DNA of 64,000 nucleotides from Actinomycetes bacterium (GCA_030614915.1 JAUXAG010000006.1:1263-65262), one strand, 5' to 3'; shown: positions 1 to 10,178, counted from the first letter of the stretch. The notes: generated from the letters alone by a model not told the origin. Numbers and translations are program-made.

Positions 1-1322
1 GTACAAACGTTAGGCGAATAAGGGAGATTTTCACGGGCGTTGAAAATGACCCACTGATCCTGGGGCTCAGTCCAAGAAACCAGGGTCCGAAGGGCTTCTA
101 GATTATGTCTGTCGGAGAACTTCTTCTGGGGCTGAGCGATATCACGAACTATGCCGCCTATGGCAATGGTAGCCATTACGGCTGTGGCAATATAGAACCC
201 TCTGATCAGTCGGCGGCGATCGAGCCAGAAGCGCAGAGCTGAGGATAAACCCACTCCGGCCAAGAGGCAAAAGGCCGGGGCTAGGTGCTGGGAAATGCGG
301 GCACTGGTACCGTAGGGATATTTGTGCATAGCCGCAGCGACCAACATCAAAGGCAGGGGGCCCAAAAGCAAAAGCAATAACGGTTTTTGTCGATTCCGCC
401 ACAAAGCTACGACACCGACTACTACCAGCAGGAATGTCAGTGTGCTGCCGAAGTTTTTGCCGCCGAGGGGATAGGCCATCATGTTGCCGGTGTGAACATC
501 CAGGAACCAGAACGGCAAACGCCAGGGCTGAGAAAAAGGAGGAAAAGAGATTGTCCAAGTGCGGATTTCCCGTATTCCCGCGGCTGAGGCTTCGTGGGCC
601 CGGATGTAAAACAGATACATAGCCAGAAAACTGGCCCCCAAGATGAGGGCATACAGCAAGAGCCATAGAAGGAGTTTTGCTGAGCGTTTCGGCCAAAGGC
701 TCCAGGCTAAGAACATGGCCACAGCGCCAGCGATGAACACCGCGGGATAGGAACACCAAACACCCAGGGCTGCGGCAAGAATAAGCCCAAGCCAGCGAAT
801 GACACTATCGCTTCGACGATATACCGCCCACCCCAGCCAGAGCAAAACGAGCGAAACTGCCAAATCCTGGGCGTAGGGTTTGACTTCGGTAGAGTGGCGG
901 ACTACGTAAAATGAGGCAGCGAATATGGCAATAGCCAGCAGGGCAGCGTGTTTATCTAAGACGCGCCGCCCAAAGCGCCAGAACAGGAGCATGGAAAACA
1001 GTCCACACAAAAAGGCAGGTGTGCGGAGGGCCAATACCGAAAAACCCAAGAGTCGTGAGACGGCGAGCTCGGCCCACATGAAAGCCAAGGGGGCAATTTG
1101 GGCGTGCTCGAGGGGTTTGAACATATCGGCAAAGCCGCGGTCGTAGAGGCTGGCAACGATGAAGGCTTCGTCGCCCCAGAGGGGGAAATGCACGGCGAAA
1201 CGAACGATTCGCCAGGCCAGGCCGAGGATGACCATGGCCAAGGTTAGGCGAATAATGGTCCGCGGGGCTGAATTCCGGCGAAGATCAGCCGGTTGAGCCG
1301 AGCTAGGTTTTAGTGAGGTCAT
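1..1322 (-). CDS. GT-C fold membrane glycosyltransferase (family 39, ArnT/PMT-like); 3' end runs off the window
   Basis: Not in ORF track, probably because it has no stop in the window. Manual translation from ATG 1322: MTSLKPSSAQ...AMVILGLAWRIVRFAVHFPLWGDEAFIVASLYDRGFADMFKPLEHAQIAPLAFMWAE...LRTPAFLCGL; LWxDE motif after first TM helix. Only the 5' and 3' portions were translated. Confidence 0.75.
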   Translation of the reverse strand, partial: MTSLKPSSAQPADLRRNSAPRTIIRLTLAMVILGLAWRIVRFAVHFPLWGDEAFIVASLYDRGFADMFKPLEHAQIAPLAFMWAELAVSRLLGFSVLALRTPAFLCGLFSMLLFWRFGRRVLDKHAALLAIAIFAASFYVVRHSTEVKPYAQDLAVSLVLLWLGWAVYRRSDSVIRWLGLILAAALGVWCSYPAVFIAGAVAMFLAWSLWPKRSAKLLLWLLLYALILGASFLAMYLFYIRAHEASAAGIREIRTWTISFPPFSQPWRLPFWFLDVHTGNMMAYPLGGKNFGSTLTFLLVVVGVVALWRNRQKPLLLLLLGPLPLMLVAAAMHKYPYGTSARISQHLAPAFCLLAGVGLSSALRFWLDRRRLIRGFYIATAVMATIAIGGIVRDIAQPQKKFSDRHNLEALRTLVSWTEPQDQWVIFNARENLPYSPNVC

Positions 1323-1451
1323 ACGCCAGGCACGCCAGCAGCAAAGGTCCGGTTTGGATAATTGCGGCCCATCACAGGCAGATTATTTATACCCGTAATT
1401 GTCTCCAAGACAAGACTTTTCCAAAAGGCGAGGTTTTTTTAGGTCAAGTGG

Positions 1452-1479
1452 GGAACCACATGAAGGGGTTGGAGTCTAA
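1452..1479 (+). promoter_or_regulatory. ECF/sigmaE-type promoter upstream of VIT-vWA gene
   Basis: GGAACCA-N16-TCTAA (GTCTAA), matching the sigmaE-like GAACTT-N16-TCTGA spacing; RBS GGAGGA at 1515-1520. Confidence 0.6.
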
Positions 1480-1526
1480 ACAAGTAGCCGGACGAGAGCA
1501 TGGGACCTTTTCGCGGAGGACTAGCG

Positions 1527-3809
1527 ATGAACAAGGCGATGACAGTAACGGTAATGGTGGCGATTCTGGCGGGGGCGGCGCTGACGGCACTGGCGGACGG
1601 GATGATCGTGCCGACACGGGAGGACCTGCGGGTACGGGGCATGTGGGCGGTCAAATATCACCACGTGAAGATGATCGTGCGCGACCAGGTAGCTTCGGTG
1701 AACATAACCCAGGAGTTTTACAATACTTCCAAGCAGGCCATCGAGGTGGAGTATATGTTTCCGGTTCCACCGGGCGCGGCCATCGACGCCATGACCATGA
1801 TAGTGGACGGCAAGGAATTCAGCGGAAGACTTCTGCCCGCGGACGAGGCCCGGAAGATTTATGAGGATATCGTCCGGCGCAAAAAGGACCCCGCCCTGCT
1901 GGAGTATGTGGGCTTCGGGCTCTACCGCACCAGGGCCTTTCCACTGGAGCCCGGCAAACCGGTGCAGGTGATTGTCCACTACAATCAGGTATGCAAAAAA
2001 GACAACGATCTGGTGGAGGTGTTTTATCCGCTGAATACGGAAAAGTTCTCGGCCAAGGAGATCGACGAGGTGAAAGTAACGGTGGACATCAAGAGCCAAG
2101 CGGACATTACGGCGGTTTACAGTCCCACCCATGATTTAAAGACTGAACGCAAGGGACCCGCCCATGTGATTGTAAGCTACGAAGTGAAAAAGGCGATTCC
2201 CAACACAGATTTCGTGGTGTTTTACAAGGCCAAGAATGAGCAGATTGGGGCGACGCTGCTGAGTTATCAACCGGATTCGAAAAAGGATGGGTATTTTTTG
2301 CTGTTGGCCAGTCCAAATCCCAAGACCGGGCAACAGGTGGTGCAGCCCAAAGATATTGTTCTGGTGATCGACCGGTCGGGCTCGATGAGCGCTAATGACA
2401 AGATCGAGCAGGCTAAAGATGCGTTGAGCTTTATTCTGAAAAACCTTAATGCCGAAGATCGTTTCGAGGTGGTCATGTTCAACGATTCGATTGAGAGTTT
2501 CTTCGACGATCTTACGGCCTGTGATCCGGAGCATATAAAGCAAGCCCTGGACATGGTTGACAGGATCGAGGCCCGGGGAGGCACAAATATCCATAAGGCT
2601 CTGGAAAGAGCGTTCCAGACGCTGACGGCCTCGGCGGCTGATCGGCCCAAGTACATAATTTTCCTGACGGACGGTCTGCCAACGGTGGGCCAAACCAATG
2701 AAGGCAAGATAATTGCGGCCTCGGTCAAGGACAATACGGCCAAGGCTCGGCTTTTCGCCTTGGGTGTGGGCTATGATGTCAATGTTCGACTGCTGGACAA
2801 GCTGGTAGCTGAAAATCAGGGCTTGAGCGACTACGTCAAGCCAGGCGAGCCGCTGGAGGCCAAGGTGTCCAATATGTATGCCAAGATAAAGAACCCGGTG
2901 ATGACCAACATAGCGATTAGCCTCGAAGGGGTGAAGCTCAAGCAGATTTACCCGAGGGTGATTCCGGATTTGTTCGACGGGTCGGAATTGCTGTTAGTGG
3001 GGCGTTACGACGCGGCTGACGTGCAAGAATTGCCCAGGGGCTCGGCGATGCGCAAAAGCACTCTGGTAATTACGGGCAAATATCATGGGCAAGAGCGGGG
3101 CTTTGAGTATCCGGTGGCAATAAAGCCGGGGCAAAGGAACCGGATGTATAGTTTCGTCGAACGGCTCTGGGCTGTGCGCCGAGTCGGATTCCTGCTAGAT
3201 GAGATTCAACTGCACGGCAAGAACAAGGAAGTAATCGACGAGATCGTCCGCCTCTCCCGCGATTACGGGATTATGACACCCTACACCAGCTTCCTGGCGG
3301 ATGAGGACACAAAACTGACAAGCACGGAGGAACTACGTGTGCGGGGCATGCGGTCGTCCAGTAGGCTGAGTAAAGAGGTCGCCAATGTAATGGGGCAAAC
3401 GCATGCCATGAATCGGCAGGCGTTTAATACGGCCCTACGAGTTGCCCCGCAGTCCGAGGCCGTGCCGGTGGACAAGGCTGGCAAACCGCTTAGAGACGCA
3501 GGAGTGAGGAGTCTGGGCTACAAGACGGCAGATGCTTACGAGGCTGGTGAGCGGGAGGTGTACACCACAGTCCGCAACGTAGGCAACCAAGCTTTCTATC
3601 GGCGGGGGCGGGTGTGGGTAACGCCCAAGACCTCCCAGCTTGATCTGAAAAAGGACAAGGACAAGATCAGGGTCATCCAGCGATACTCCGAGGAGTATTT
3701 CGAGCTGGCGCTGGCCAATACGGTGGAGGAAAACCAGATATTGGCCAGCCAGGGGCCGGACGAGGAGCTTCTGGTGAACTTCCGCTCGCAGGTGTATCTG
3801 ATTCAATAG
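1527..3809 (+). CDS. Exported VIT + von Willebrand A domain protein
   Basis: Signal peptide, VIT domain (QEFYN..EVEYMFPVP..AID), MIDAS DRSGSM, GGTNI, FLTDG; start moved to ATG 1527 after GGAGGA. Confidence 0.9.
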   Translation: MNKAMTVTVMVAILAGAALTALADGMIVPTREDLRVRGMWAVKYHHVKMIVRDQVASVNITQEFYNTSKQAIEVEYMFPVPPGAAIDAMTMIVDGKEFSGRLLPADEARKIYEDIVRRKKDPALLEYVGFGLYRTRAFPLEPGKPVQVIVHYNQVCKKDNDLVEVFYPLNTEKFSAKEIDEVKVTVDIKSQADITAVYSPTHDLKTERKGPAHVIVSYEVKKAIPNTDFVVFYKAKNEQIGATLLSYQPDSKKDGYFLLLASPNPKTGQQVVQPKDIVLVIDRSGSMSANDKIEQAKDALSFILKNLNAEDRFEVVMFNDSIESFFDDLTACDPEHIKQALDMVDRIEARGGTNIHKALERAFQTLTASAADRPKYIIFLTDGLPTVGQTNEGKIIAASVKDNTAKARLFALGVGYDVNVRLLDKLVAENQGLSDYVKPGEPLEAKVSNMYAKIKNPVMTNIAISLEGVKLKQIYPRVIPDLFDGSELLLVGRYDAADVQELPRGSAMRKSTLVITGKYHGQERGFEYPVAIKPGQRNRMYSFVERLWAVRRVGFLLDEIQLHGKNKEVIDEIVRLSRDYGIMTPYTSFLADEDTKLTSTEELRVRGMRSSSRLSKEVANVMGQTHAMNRQAFNTALRVAPQSEAVPVDKAGKPLRDAGVRSLGYKTADAYEAGEREVYTTVRNVGNQAFYRRGRVWVTPKTSQLDLKKDKDKIRVIQRYSEEYFELALANTVEENQILASQGPDEELLVNFRSQVYLIQ

Positions 3810-3838
3810 GCACCGACTGGGGAGTCGGCACGGCTGAC

Positions 3839-3866
3839 GGGGGCCTTGAAATACAGGCCCCCTCAG
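3839..3866. repeat. Palindromic intergenic element copy 1 (GGGGGCCT-tgaaatac-AGGCCCCC-TCAG)
   Basis: Hairpin; 26/28 identical to 5787-5814. Confidence 0.8.
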
Positions 3867-3931
3867 CGTAACATCCGGGGTAAGTATTTTGCCAAGCAAT
3901 TATTGTTAGAGCTTTTTGGAAGGAGCGAAAA

Positions 3932-5743
3932 ATGAAAACGAGAACACAAATCTTCGTCCTGGCTGCGGTGCTGTCTTATCTGCTGACGGCAAGTGCTCTT
4001 GCTGAAGTGTCCGCGATAACCGGCACGATCTCAAAGGTAACGGCCTATCGTGGTCAGGCCTTAGTCACACGTACAATTAGTGTTGAGCTGGCCCCAGGCA
4101 CTTCTGAGCTGATAGTCGGAAACTTGCCCGCCAAGATCATCCCTGAAAGTCTATACGCCCAGACTTCCGAGAATCTTACCGTACTTAGCGTACGTTACCG
4201 TGAGCGGGCAGTCCGAGCCGACACCAGAGAAGAAGTCAAGGCCCTTGATGCTCAGATCAAAACCGTCAGGAATCAGCTTCGCTATGCCGAGAGAGATCAC
4301 AAGCATGGCGGTAATCTTTGGGCTAAGTATGACAATATATGGAAACTGGCTGTTGATGCAAGCCATGTCGATTTGAACAGGGGTCTTCTGGCATCCGAAC
4401 AGATCCAGTCGCTGGCAGAGTACCTGCAGAGCAAATGGAATACATTGCATCAAAATGCCTTGAAACTGGAAGACCAGATGGCCGAACTGAAGGAGCAGTT
4501 GGAACTGCTCAATCGCAAGCGCAAGGCGCTTGATACGGGCAGATCTCGTACCGAGCGTGAGGCTGTATTATTTATCAGAAAAGATGGGAACAAGAAGGCC
4601 GCCATAGAGCTGAGCTACTTAGTGAACGGAGCCAATTGGCTGCCACAATATAACCTTCGAGCCAATCCCGACAAGTCAACCGTTCTGATTGAATACAACG
4701 CTGTAGTCAATCAGACCAGTGGTGAAGACTGGAACGGAGTGGCCTTGAGCCTTTCAACTGCCGAGCCGGCTATGGTGGCTGGAGCTCCGGTCTTGGAGCC
4801 AATGGCAGTCGTTCTTGCCAGCCGACGGCCTACCGAAAAACCAAGCTCACAAATATCTGCCGGCGTGCCGATGCAAGTAGACAGGCCTGGCGGGCTTAAT
4901 GGAAGGTATATCGATCGATCCAAACATTTTAGAGAGCTGATTAAATCTCGTCGTACACAAAGCACAAAAGGCGCTGCAGCTCAAAAGCAACTTGGACAGA
5001 TTGCTATTACTAACCAAGCCTTGGAGTTCGGTGCTACGCGGAAAGATTTAGAGAGGATGAAAGAACAGATAAGTGAGATTGCCCGCATCGAGGGTGTCAG
5101 TGTTACCTATAACTTGCCCGGCAAGCTGAGTCTGCCCAGCCGAACCGACCAGCAACTGGTAACCGTAGCGGCAGTTTCAGCAGAGGCCGACTTCACGCTT
5201 GTAGCTACACCTTTGCTGACTGATTACGTGTATTTGCAGGCAGAGCTGCTCAATGACAGCAAGACCATTTTCCTGCCAGGACCGGCCAGCATGTTTAGAA
5301 ACGGCGAATTCGTCGGCAAGAGCAACCTGCCAATAGTCACCGTGGGCGAGAAGTTCACCGCCGGCTTCGGCATTGATTCTCAGATTCAAGCAGTACGCGA
5401 GCTTGAAGATAAGAAGACACGGATCCAAGGCGGTAATCGCATAGATACATACCACTATCGTATTGCCTTGAGCAATTATAGGGGTACACCGGCTGAACTG
5501 CGGCTGTTGGATCGCTTGCCATCCACGGATGATAATTCCATCAAGATAGAACTGCTCAAAACTGCCCCCGAACTAAGTAAGAACGCTGAGTATCTACGCA
5601 CCTTGAGGAAAAAGGGAATTCTCCGCTGGGATATGAATCTCAAGCCGAATTCTGTTGATCAAAACGCGACGGTGGTGAACTACAGTTTCACAATGGAGTA
5701 TGACAAGAATATGCAAATTCGACCAAGTCGAGCAGGCAATTGA
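3932..5743 (+). CDS. Mucoidy inhibitor MuiA family protein (DUF4140 + DUF4139)
   Basis: VTAYRGQALVTR N-terminus, coiled coil, LSYLV..ANWLPQYNLR, NQTSGEDW..V.LSLSTA. Confidence 0.88.
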   Translation: MKTRTQIFVLAAVLSYLLTASALAEVSAITGTISKVTAYRGQALVTRTISVELAPGTSELIVGNLPAKIIPESLYAQTSENLTVLSVRYRERAVRADTREEVKALDAQIKTVRNQLRYAERDHKHGGNLWAKYDNIWKLAVDASHVDLNRGLLASEQIQSLAEYLQSKWNTLHQNALKLEDQMAELKEQLELLNRKRKALDTGRSRTEREAVLFIRKDGNKKAAIELSYLVNGANWLPQYNLRANPDKSTVLIEYNAVVNQTSGEDWNGVALSLSTAEPAMVAGAPVLEPMAVVLASRRPTEKPSSQISAGVPMQVDRPGGLNGRYIDRSKHFRELIKSRRTQSTKGAAAQKQLGQIAITNQALEFGATRKDLERMKEQISEIARIEGVSVTYNLPGKLSLPSRTDQQLVTVAAVSAEADFTLVATPLLTDYVYLQAELLNDSKTIFLPGPASMFRNGEFVGKSNLPIVTVGEKFTAGFGIDSQIQAVRELEDKKTRIQGGNRIDTYHYRIALSNYRGTPAELRLLDRLPSTDDNSIKIELLKTAPELSKNAEYLRTLRKKGILRWDMNLKPNSVDQNATVVNYSFTMEYDKNMQIRPSRAGN

Positions 5744-5786
5744 TTCAATAAACGCTCTAGGGAATCCGCACAGCTGGCAGGGCCAA

Positions 5787-5814
5787 GGGGGCCTGGAAAC
5801 ACAGGCCCCCTCAG
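5787..5814. repeat. Palindromic intergenic element copy 2 (GGGGGCCT-ggaaacac-AGGCCCCC-TCAG)
   Basis: Near-identical to 3839-3866; also directly downstream of a + strand gene. Confidence 0.8.
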
Positions 5815-5938
5815 TGCGAGGGGCGAGATAGGGCGAAGCTATTTGCCAATAATATATGATGTTGGCGGCAGTATTCCTGTCATAACTGACTGGATTATAG
5901 GAGGCTAGAACCAATCAAGAATTCTTTTTATTTTCTTG

Positions 5939-5984
5939 TTGACGTGTTGTACAAATGTACGATAATAATACTCGTACACACGTA
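5939..5984 (+). promoter_or_regulatory. Sigma70-type promoter overlapped by two BlaI/MecI/CopY operator boxes
   Basis: TTGACG at 5939; TACAAATGTA (5950-5959, perfect TACAnnTGTA) and TACACACGTA (5975-5984) directly upstream of the blaI-like gene. Confidence 0.8.
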
Positions 5985-5997
5985 AAAGGAGGCCATT

Positions 5998-6378
5998 ATG
6001 TCCAGAAAGCGCTTACCGGCCTTGAGTCCCGCCGAAACCGAGATTCTCAGACTGGTCTGGCTGCTGGGCAGAGGAACCGTGCAGCAGGTGTGCGACAAAC
6101 TGCCCCCCAGACGCCGGATCGCCTATGCGACGGTACAGACGCTTCTGCGCCGGCTGGAAAAGAAGGGCTACGTCAGGCACGAGTCCCAAGGCAAAGCCCA
6201 TGTATTTTCCCCAGCCGCCGAGCGTGAGGAAGTAATTAGAAGAACCGTGGGAGATTTTGTAGATCGGCTCTTTGGCGGCGACCCGCTGCCGCTGATGCTG
6301 CATCTGGCCGATCACAGCAAGCTCGACGCTGATAATCTCAAACGGCTCAAGAAATTCTTCGCTAAAAAAAAACCTTAA
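5998..6378 (+). CDS. BlaI/MecI/CopY family transcriptional repressor
   Basis: LSPAETEILRLVW, AYATVQTLLRRLEKKGYV, FVDRLFGG; RBS AAGGAGG. Confidence 0.95.
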   Translation: MSRKRLPALSPAETEILRLVWLLGRGTVQQVCDKLPPRRRIAYATVQTLLRRLEKKGYVRHESQGKAHVFSPAAEREEVIRRTVGDFVDRLFGGDPLPLMLHLADHSKLDADNLKRLKKFFAKKKP

Positions 6379-6393
6379 TCAGAGAGTCGGACA

Positions 6394-9300
6394 ATGCAAA
6401 ACGCTCTAAACGAAATAGCAAGTTATCTTTTGGGCCAAAGTTGGCAGATTGCTGCGGTTTTTCTCGTGGTGGCTGGGGCCTGTTGGGTATTGCGCAAGTC
6501 CAGCGCCCATTGGCGGTATCTGCTCTGGCTGATTGTGCTGGCTAAGTGCCTTGTTCCACCGCTTCTCAGCGTGCCCGTGGCTGTCCTGCCTGCATTACCA
6601 ACAGCAGCCCAGAAGAGTCTATCGGCCCAAGCGCCCGCAGCCACAGTTGTGCTTCCTGAAGCCAGCGTACTGCCCTTGGCCGTAGCACCGAGCGAAGTGC
6701 CTGTTGCTGAGCCTCTCGAGATACCGCCGCAACCAACGTTCGAGCCGACAATACAGCCGAGCCTTACCTTTGCCCAGTGGCTCTGTGTAGCTTGGATGGC
6801 TGGGGCAGCAGCTTTTCTCTTATTCTGCTTATTCAAAGCCTGGCGGACGCAGGACCGACTCAGGCGGACTCGGCGAGCTGCAAACGCTGACTTGCAAGCT
6901 GAAGTGGCCCAGTTGGCTGCTCGGCTGGGCTTTGGCATGGTTCCTAAGATATGGCTGGTAGACGGAATCAGCCAGCCGTTCGTTTGGGGGCTGCTTAGAG
7001 GGGGCATTTACTTGCCGGGCAATTTCGAGGGCATCTGCAAGGCTGAGGATCGCCGGGGAATATTGATGCACGAGTTGGCTCACGTATCGCGCTGGGACGC
7101 GGCTGTCAACAGTTTGCAAGTCCTGGTTCAGGCGGCCTTTTTCTTTCATCCGCTGGTATGGTGGGCCAATAGGAAAATCCGGCAGGAACGGGAAAAGTGC
7201 TGCGACGAAGTAGCTATTGCCAGCCTGGCCGCCAAGCCCAAGCAGTACGGCAGTGCCATCGTCGAGGTTCTGGTCAACGAATACGAATCAAGCAAGCCCG
7301 TGCCCTCTTTGGCTGTGGCTGGGCCGGTGAAGAACATTGAAGAAAGGATAAAGACCATGATGAGGCCCAACAAGAAATTCTACAAGCGGCCCACATGGTT
7401 AGCCGTGATTAGCGTCTTGATCGTGGCTGCTCTGGTCATCCCAACAGCTCTGACGCTTACCGCCCGGGCGGAACAAACAGCGCAAAAGCGTCATTTCGAA
7501 ATCAGCGGCATAATGCTTCCGAAGAATCTGTGGGATCAGCTCCTTTTGTACTATTCATTTGACCAGATAATAGACAAATCAAAAGTCATCGACCTCTCCG
7601 GTGAGGGCCATCACGGGCAAGTGTATGGTGCAAAGCACAGAGTAGATGAGCAGCGGGCTGGTGCAATGAGCTTCGACGGACAGGACGATTATATAAGTAT
7701 ACCCGAATTGGAGCTCAGAGAGTATAGCTTCACAGCGTGGGTAAAAACATCACAGACAGGACGCTCGCTCAACAACCGTAGGATATTCATGCTGGATGCA
7801 GGCAAACATTTCTACAGCATAGAGGGCAACGTCGGTGGAGGATTAAGTACATACGCAACCCAGCAGATGGAGGTTAACGAGTACGACTGGCAGTTTGCAC
7901 CGAACTTATGGACGCATATAACAGTTACCTTCGACGGTTCGACGATAAAGATATACATAAATGGAGAGCTTACGGAAAGCGGAGGGGAGAGCATCTTTAG
8001 CATCAACCGAGCCCTCAAGGGTGAAGCCCGCCTCGGTGGCAACGCCAGTTTCAACGGCGGTTTTTGGCAGGGGGTGATAGATGAAGTAATGTTGTTCAAC
8101 CGGGCTCTGACCAAAGCCGAAGTGGCCCAGCTTCTTAAGGCGACCGGCGGTACGTCAGAATCGGCTGTTGTCGGCCAGCCGGCTGAGCGGCTCAGCGAGG
8201 GATTGGTTGCCTATTACCCCTTTGAGGGTGATGCTAAGGACGCGAGCGGCAAGGACAACCACGGCACGCCCCGTGACCAAGTTGACTACGTCCAGGGGAG
8301 ATTCGGCAAAGCTGCCCATTTTGATAGTTCCAAAGGCAGCCATATCGACCTGGGACATTATGGGGGCTTCGATGTTAATTATCTGACTCAAACCGTTGTC
8401 GTATCTGCTTGGGTAAAGGGAAGCAACGGTGTACTGTTCTCAGACAACACAGCAACGGGGTGGTATGACTTTGGATTAGAAGAAGGTAAGGCTGCCTTGT
8501 GGTACAGACCGAGTGCTTGGGGTGCTCGTGAAAAACTACTGTCATCACGAAGAATTGACGACGACAAATTTCATCATATCCTTGGCGTAATTGATGGATA
8601 CAAATTTTCCTTATACATCGATGGCGTTTTGGATAAGTCCCATACATTTTCGGTGCCAAAGCTTCTCTGGAGTGGGACCACACCCAACGGCTCAAGTGGC
8701 GTATCCATCGGCGCATGCGGTTTCAAAAAGCCAAACGGTAAGCCTGAATGGGGTTATTTCGACGGAACGGTGGATGAATTGCGCATTTATAACCGCGAGC
8801 TGGCCGCAGAAGAGATCCGCAGCCTTTGCAACTTAAAAGCAACAGCCGGCAGCGCAACACCACAGCCCGCCGCGCAGACGGCTGAGCGGTTCAGCGAGCA
8901 AACGCAAAAGGTTGTCGGGCAACTCAAGGCTTATGAAACGGACCTAAAGATGAAACTGGCGGAGCAGCGAACAAGGTTGGGGCCAGACCACGTGCTCATT
9001 AAAGGACTCGAAGAACGGCTCAGGATTGTTCGCAGGGACATAGCCAGTCTAACTGCCAAAACCGCCGGATCTCCCGCCACGCAGCCAAACAACGCGACAG
9101 AGCAGGCTGAAACCATGTACGGATTGTTCAGCCTGCTCGCGGCCGAGGACGATTTCCGGGAACAAGGAAGAGAGGTAGTCATTGGTTGGACCGGACAAAA
9201 GGTGGCTATTCCGGGCCCTCCGGCTTTCCCTGAATGGATTAAGGACACCTCGGAGTGGCAAAGTTGGAGGAGGAAAAAGAATGTTAGAACACTGACAACA

Positions 9301-10137
9301 CATGACCCCCAAGGTCGCAAGTTTGTCATCAACGGACTTGGCTGGGAACGTGGCGAGGTACCTAAGCCAAACTTCTCCGGCATGATGGTGTACAGGCCTG
9401 ACGGGAGCAAGCTTGCCGCGGTGCTTTACTCAGTCGGGACCGCACCGATCGAGTGGAGTGAGTTTGATCCTGATGGCCAGGTGCTACTCAGGGCGACAAT
9501 CGGTAAAGGCCGACGTTTGAGTTCTGCTTCCTTCCTGGGGGCTGACGGAGCCAGGCGGAAATGGGCCGTGAACGACCAGGGCATCGTACACCTTGAACAG
9601 GTCAAGACCTCAGCTGGTGACATAGTCAGCCACAAGGTACCCACGACCCCTCCGGTTGAATCCCTCACCTTCGGGCCGGTGATCGAGCGGGTACTAGACG
9701 GGAGGGACCAGAAGGAGTTTTTGGACTTGGACTCTGGCAAGGTTTTCACTCGACCGTCTGTGCTAAAAACAGATGCAGTCACTACCCGCAATTGGCTTCG
9801 GAGTTTGGGTATAGATCTCAATGCGTGGGCACGGCGGACCTCAGATGGCTATGAGTGGTCGATCTTTGGGTTTGACCTTGCGTTGCTACCGGTCTCAGAA
9901 ACGGATTGGGATGGCCTATCAGCTACACAAGTTTCCAAATCTCTGGCGAAAGCCGAGGGAGCCGAGGGGGCTCGTATCTCCGATCTTAAGCAGGATACGA
10001 CTGTCTTACTCAGAACCCGCGAAGGCGGTATGGGCATCCTCCAGATCGTCGGCTTCACTGAAAGGCCCAAAGGCGGCGTCAAGATCCGCTACAAGATGGT
10101 GCAGCAGGCTCAGCCGGGCAAGCCCGCCACGCACTGA
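6394..10137 (+). CDS. BlaR1-like M56 metallopeptidase/sensor with two LamG (ConA-like) domains and further C-terminal modules
   Basis: WRYLLWLIVL, HELAH zinc motif, FFFHPLVWW..RQEREKCCD; LamG hallmarks WTHITVTFDG..IYING..G.IDEV.LFNRAL and YYPFEG...GTVDELRIYNREL. Confidence 0.92.
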   Translation: MQNALNEIASYLLGQSWQIAAVFLVVAGACWVLRKSSAHWRYLLWLIVLAKCLVPPLLSVPVAVLPALPTAAQKSLSAQAPAATVVLPEASVLPLAVAPSEVPVAEPLEIPPQPTFEPTIQPSLTFAQWLCVAWMAGAAAFLLFCLFKAWRTQDRLRRTRRAANADLQAEVAQLAARLGFGMVPKIWLVDGISQPFVWGLLRGGIYLPGNFEGICKAEDRRGILMHELAHVSRWDAAVNSLQVLVQAAFFFHPLVWWANRKIRQEREKCCDEVAIASLAAKPKQYGSAIVEVLVNEYESSKPVPSLAVAGPVKNIEERIKTMMRPNKKFYKRPTWLAVISVLIVAALVIPTALTLTARAEQTAQKRHFEISGIMLPKNLWDQLLLYYSFDQIIDKSKVIDLSGEGHHGQVYGAKHRVDEQRAGAMSFDGQDDYISIPELELREYSFTAWVKTSQTGRSLNNRRIFMLDAGKHFYSIEGNVGGGLSTYATQQMEVNEYDWQFAPNLWTHITVTFDGSTIKIYINGELTESGGESIFSINRALKGEARLGGNASFNGGFWQGVIDEVMLFNRALTKAEVAQLLKATGGTSESAVVGQPAERLSEGLVAYYPFEGDAKDASGKDNHGTPRDQVDYVQGRFGKAAHFDSSKGSHIDLGHYGGFDVNYLTQTVVVSAWVKGSNGVLFSDNTATGWYDFGLEEGKAALWYRPSAWGAREKLLSSRRIDDDKFHHILGVIDGYKFSLYIDGVLDKSHTFSVPKLLWSGTTPNGSSGVSIGACGFKKPNGKPEWGYFDGTVDELRIYNRELAAEEIRSLCNLKATAGSATPQPAAQTAERFSEQTQKVVGQLKAYETDLKMKLAEQRTRLGPDHVLIKGLEERLRIVRRDIASLTAKTAGSPATQPNNATEQAETMYGLFSLLAAEDDFREQGREVVIGWTGQKVAIPGPPAFPEWIKDTSEWQSWRRKKNVRTLTTHDPQGRKFVINGLGWERGEVPKPNFSGMMVYRPDGSKLAAVLYSVGTAPIEWSEFDPDGQVLLRATIGKGRRLSSASFLGADGARRKWAVNDQGIVHLEQVKTSAGDIVSHKVPTTPPVESLTFGPVIERVLDGRDQKEFLDLDSGKVFTRPSVLKTDAVTTRNWLRSLGIDLNAWARRTSDGYEWSIFGFDLALLPVSETDWDGLSATQVSKSLAKAEGAEGARISDLKQDTTVLLRTREGGMGILQIVGFTERPKGGVKIRYKMVQQAQPGKPATH

Positions 10138-10178
10138 CGATCAGCCAATTGGTTAGCGTAGTGAGGGGGGGGGGATGT

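Noticed and set aside
142-759. 205-aa minus ORF in the track
   Set aside because: Alternative frame within the glycosyltransferase-like gene starting at 1322.
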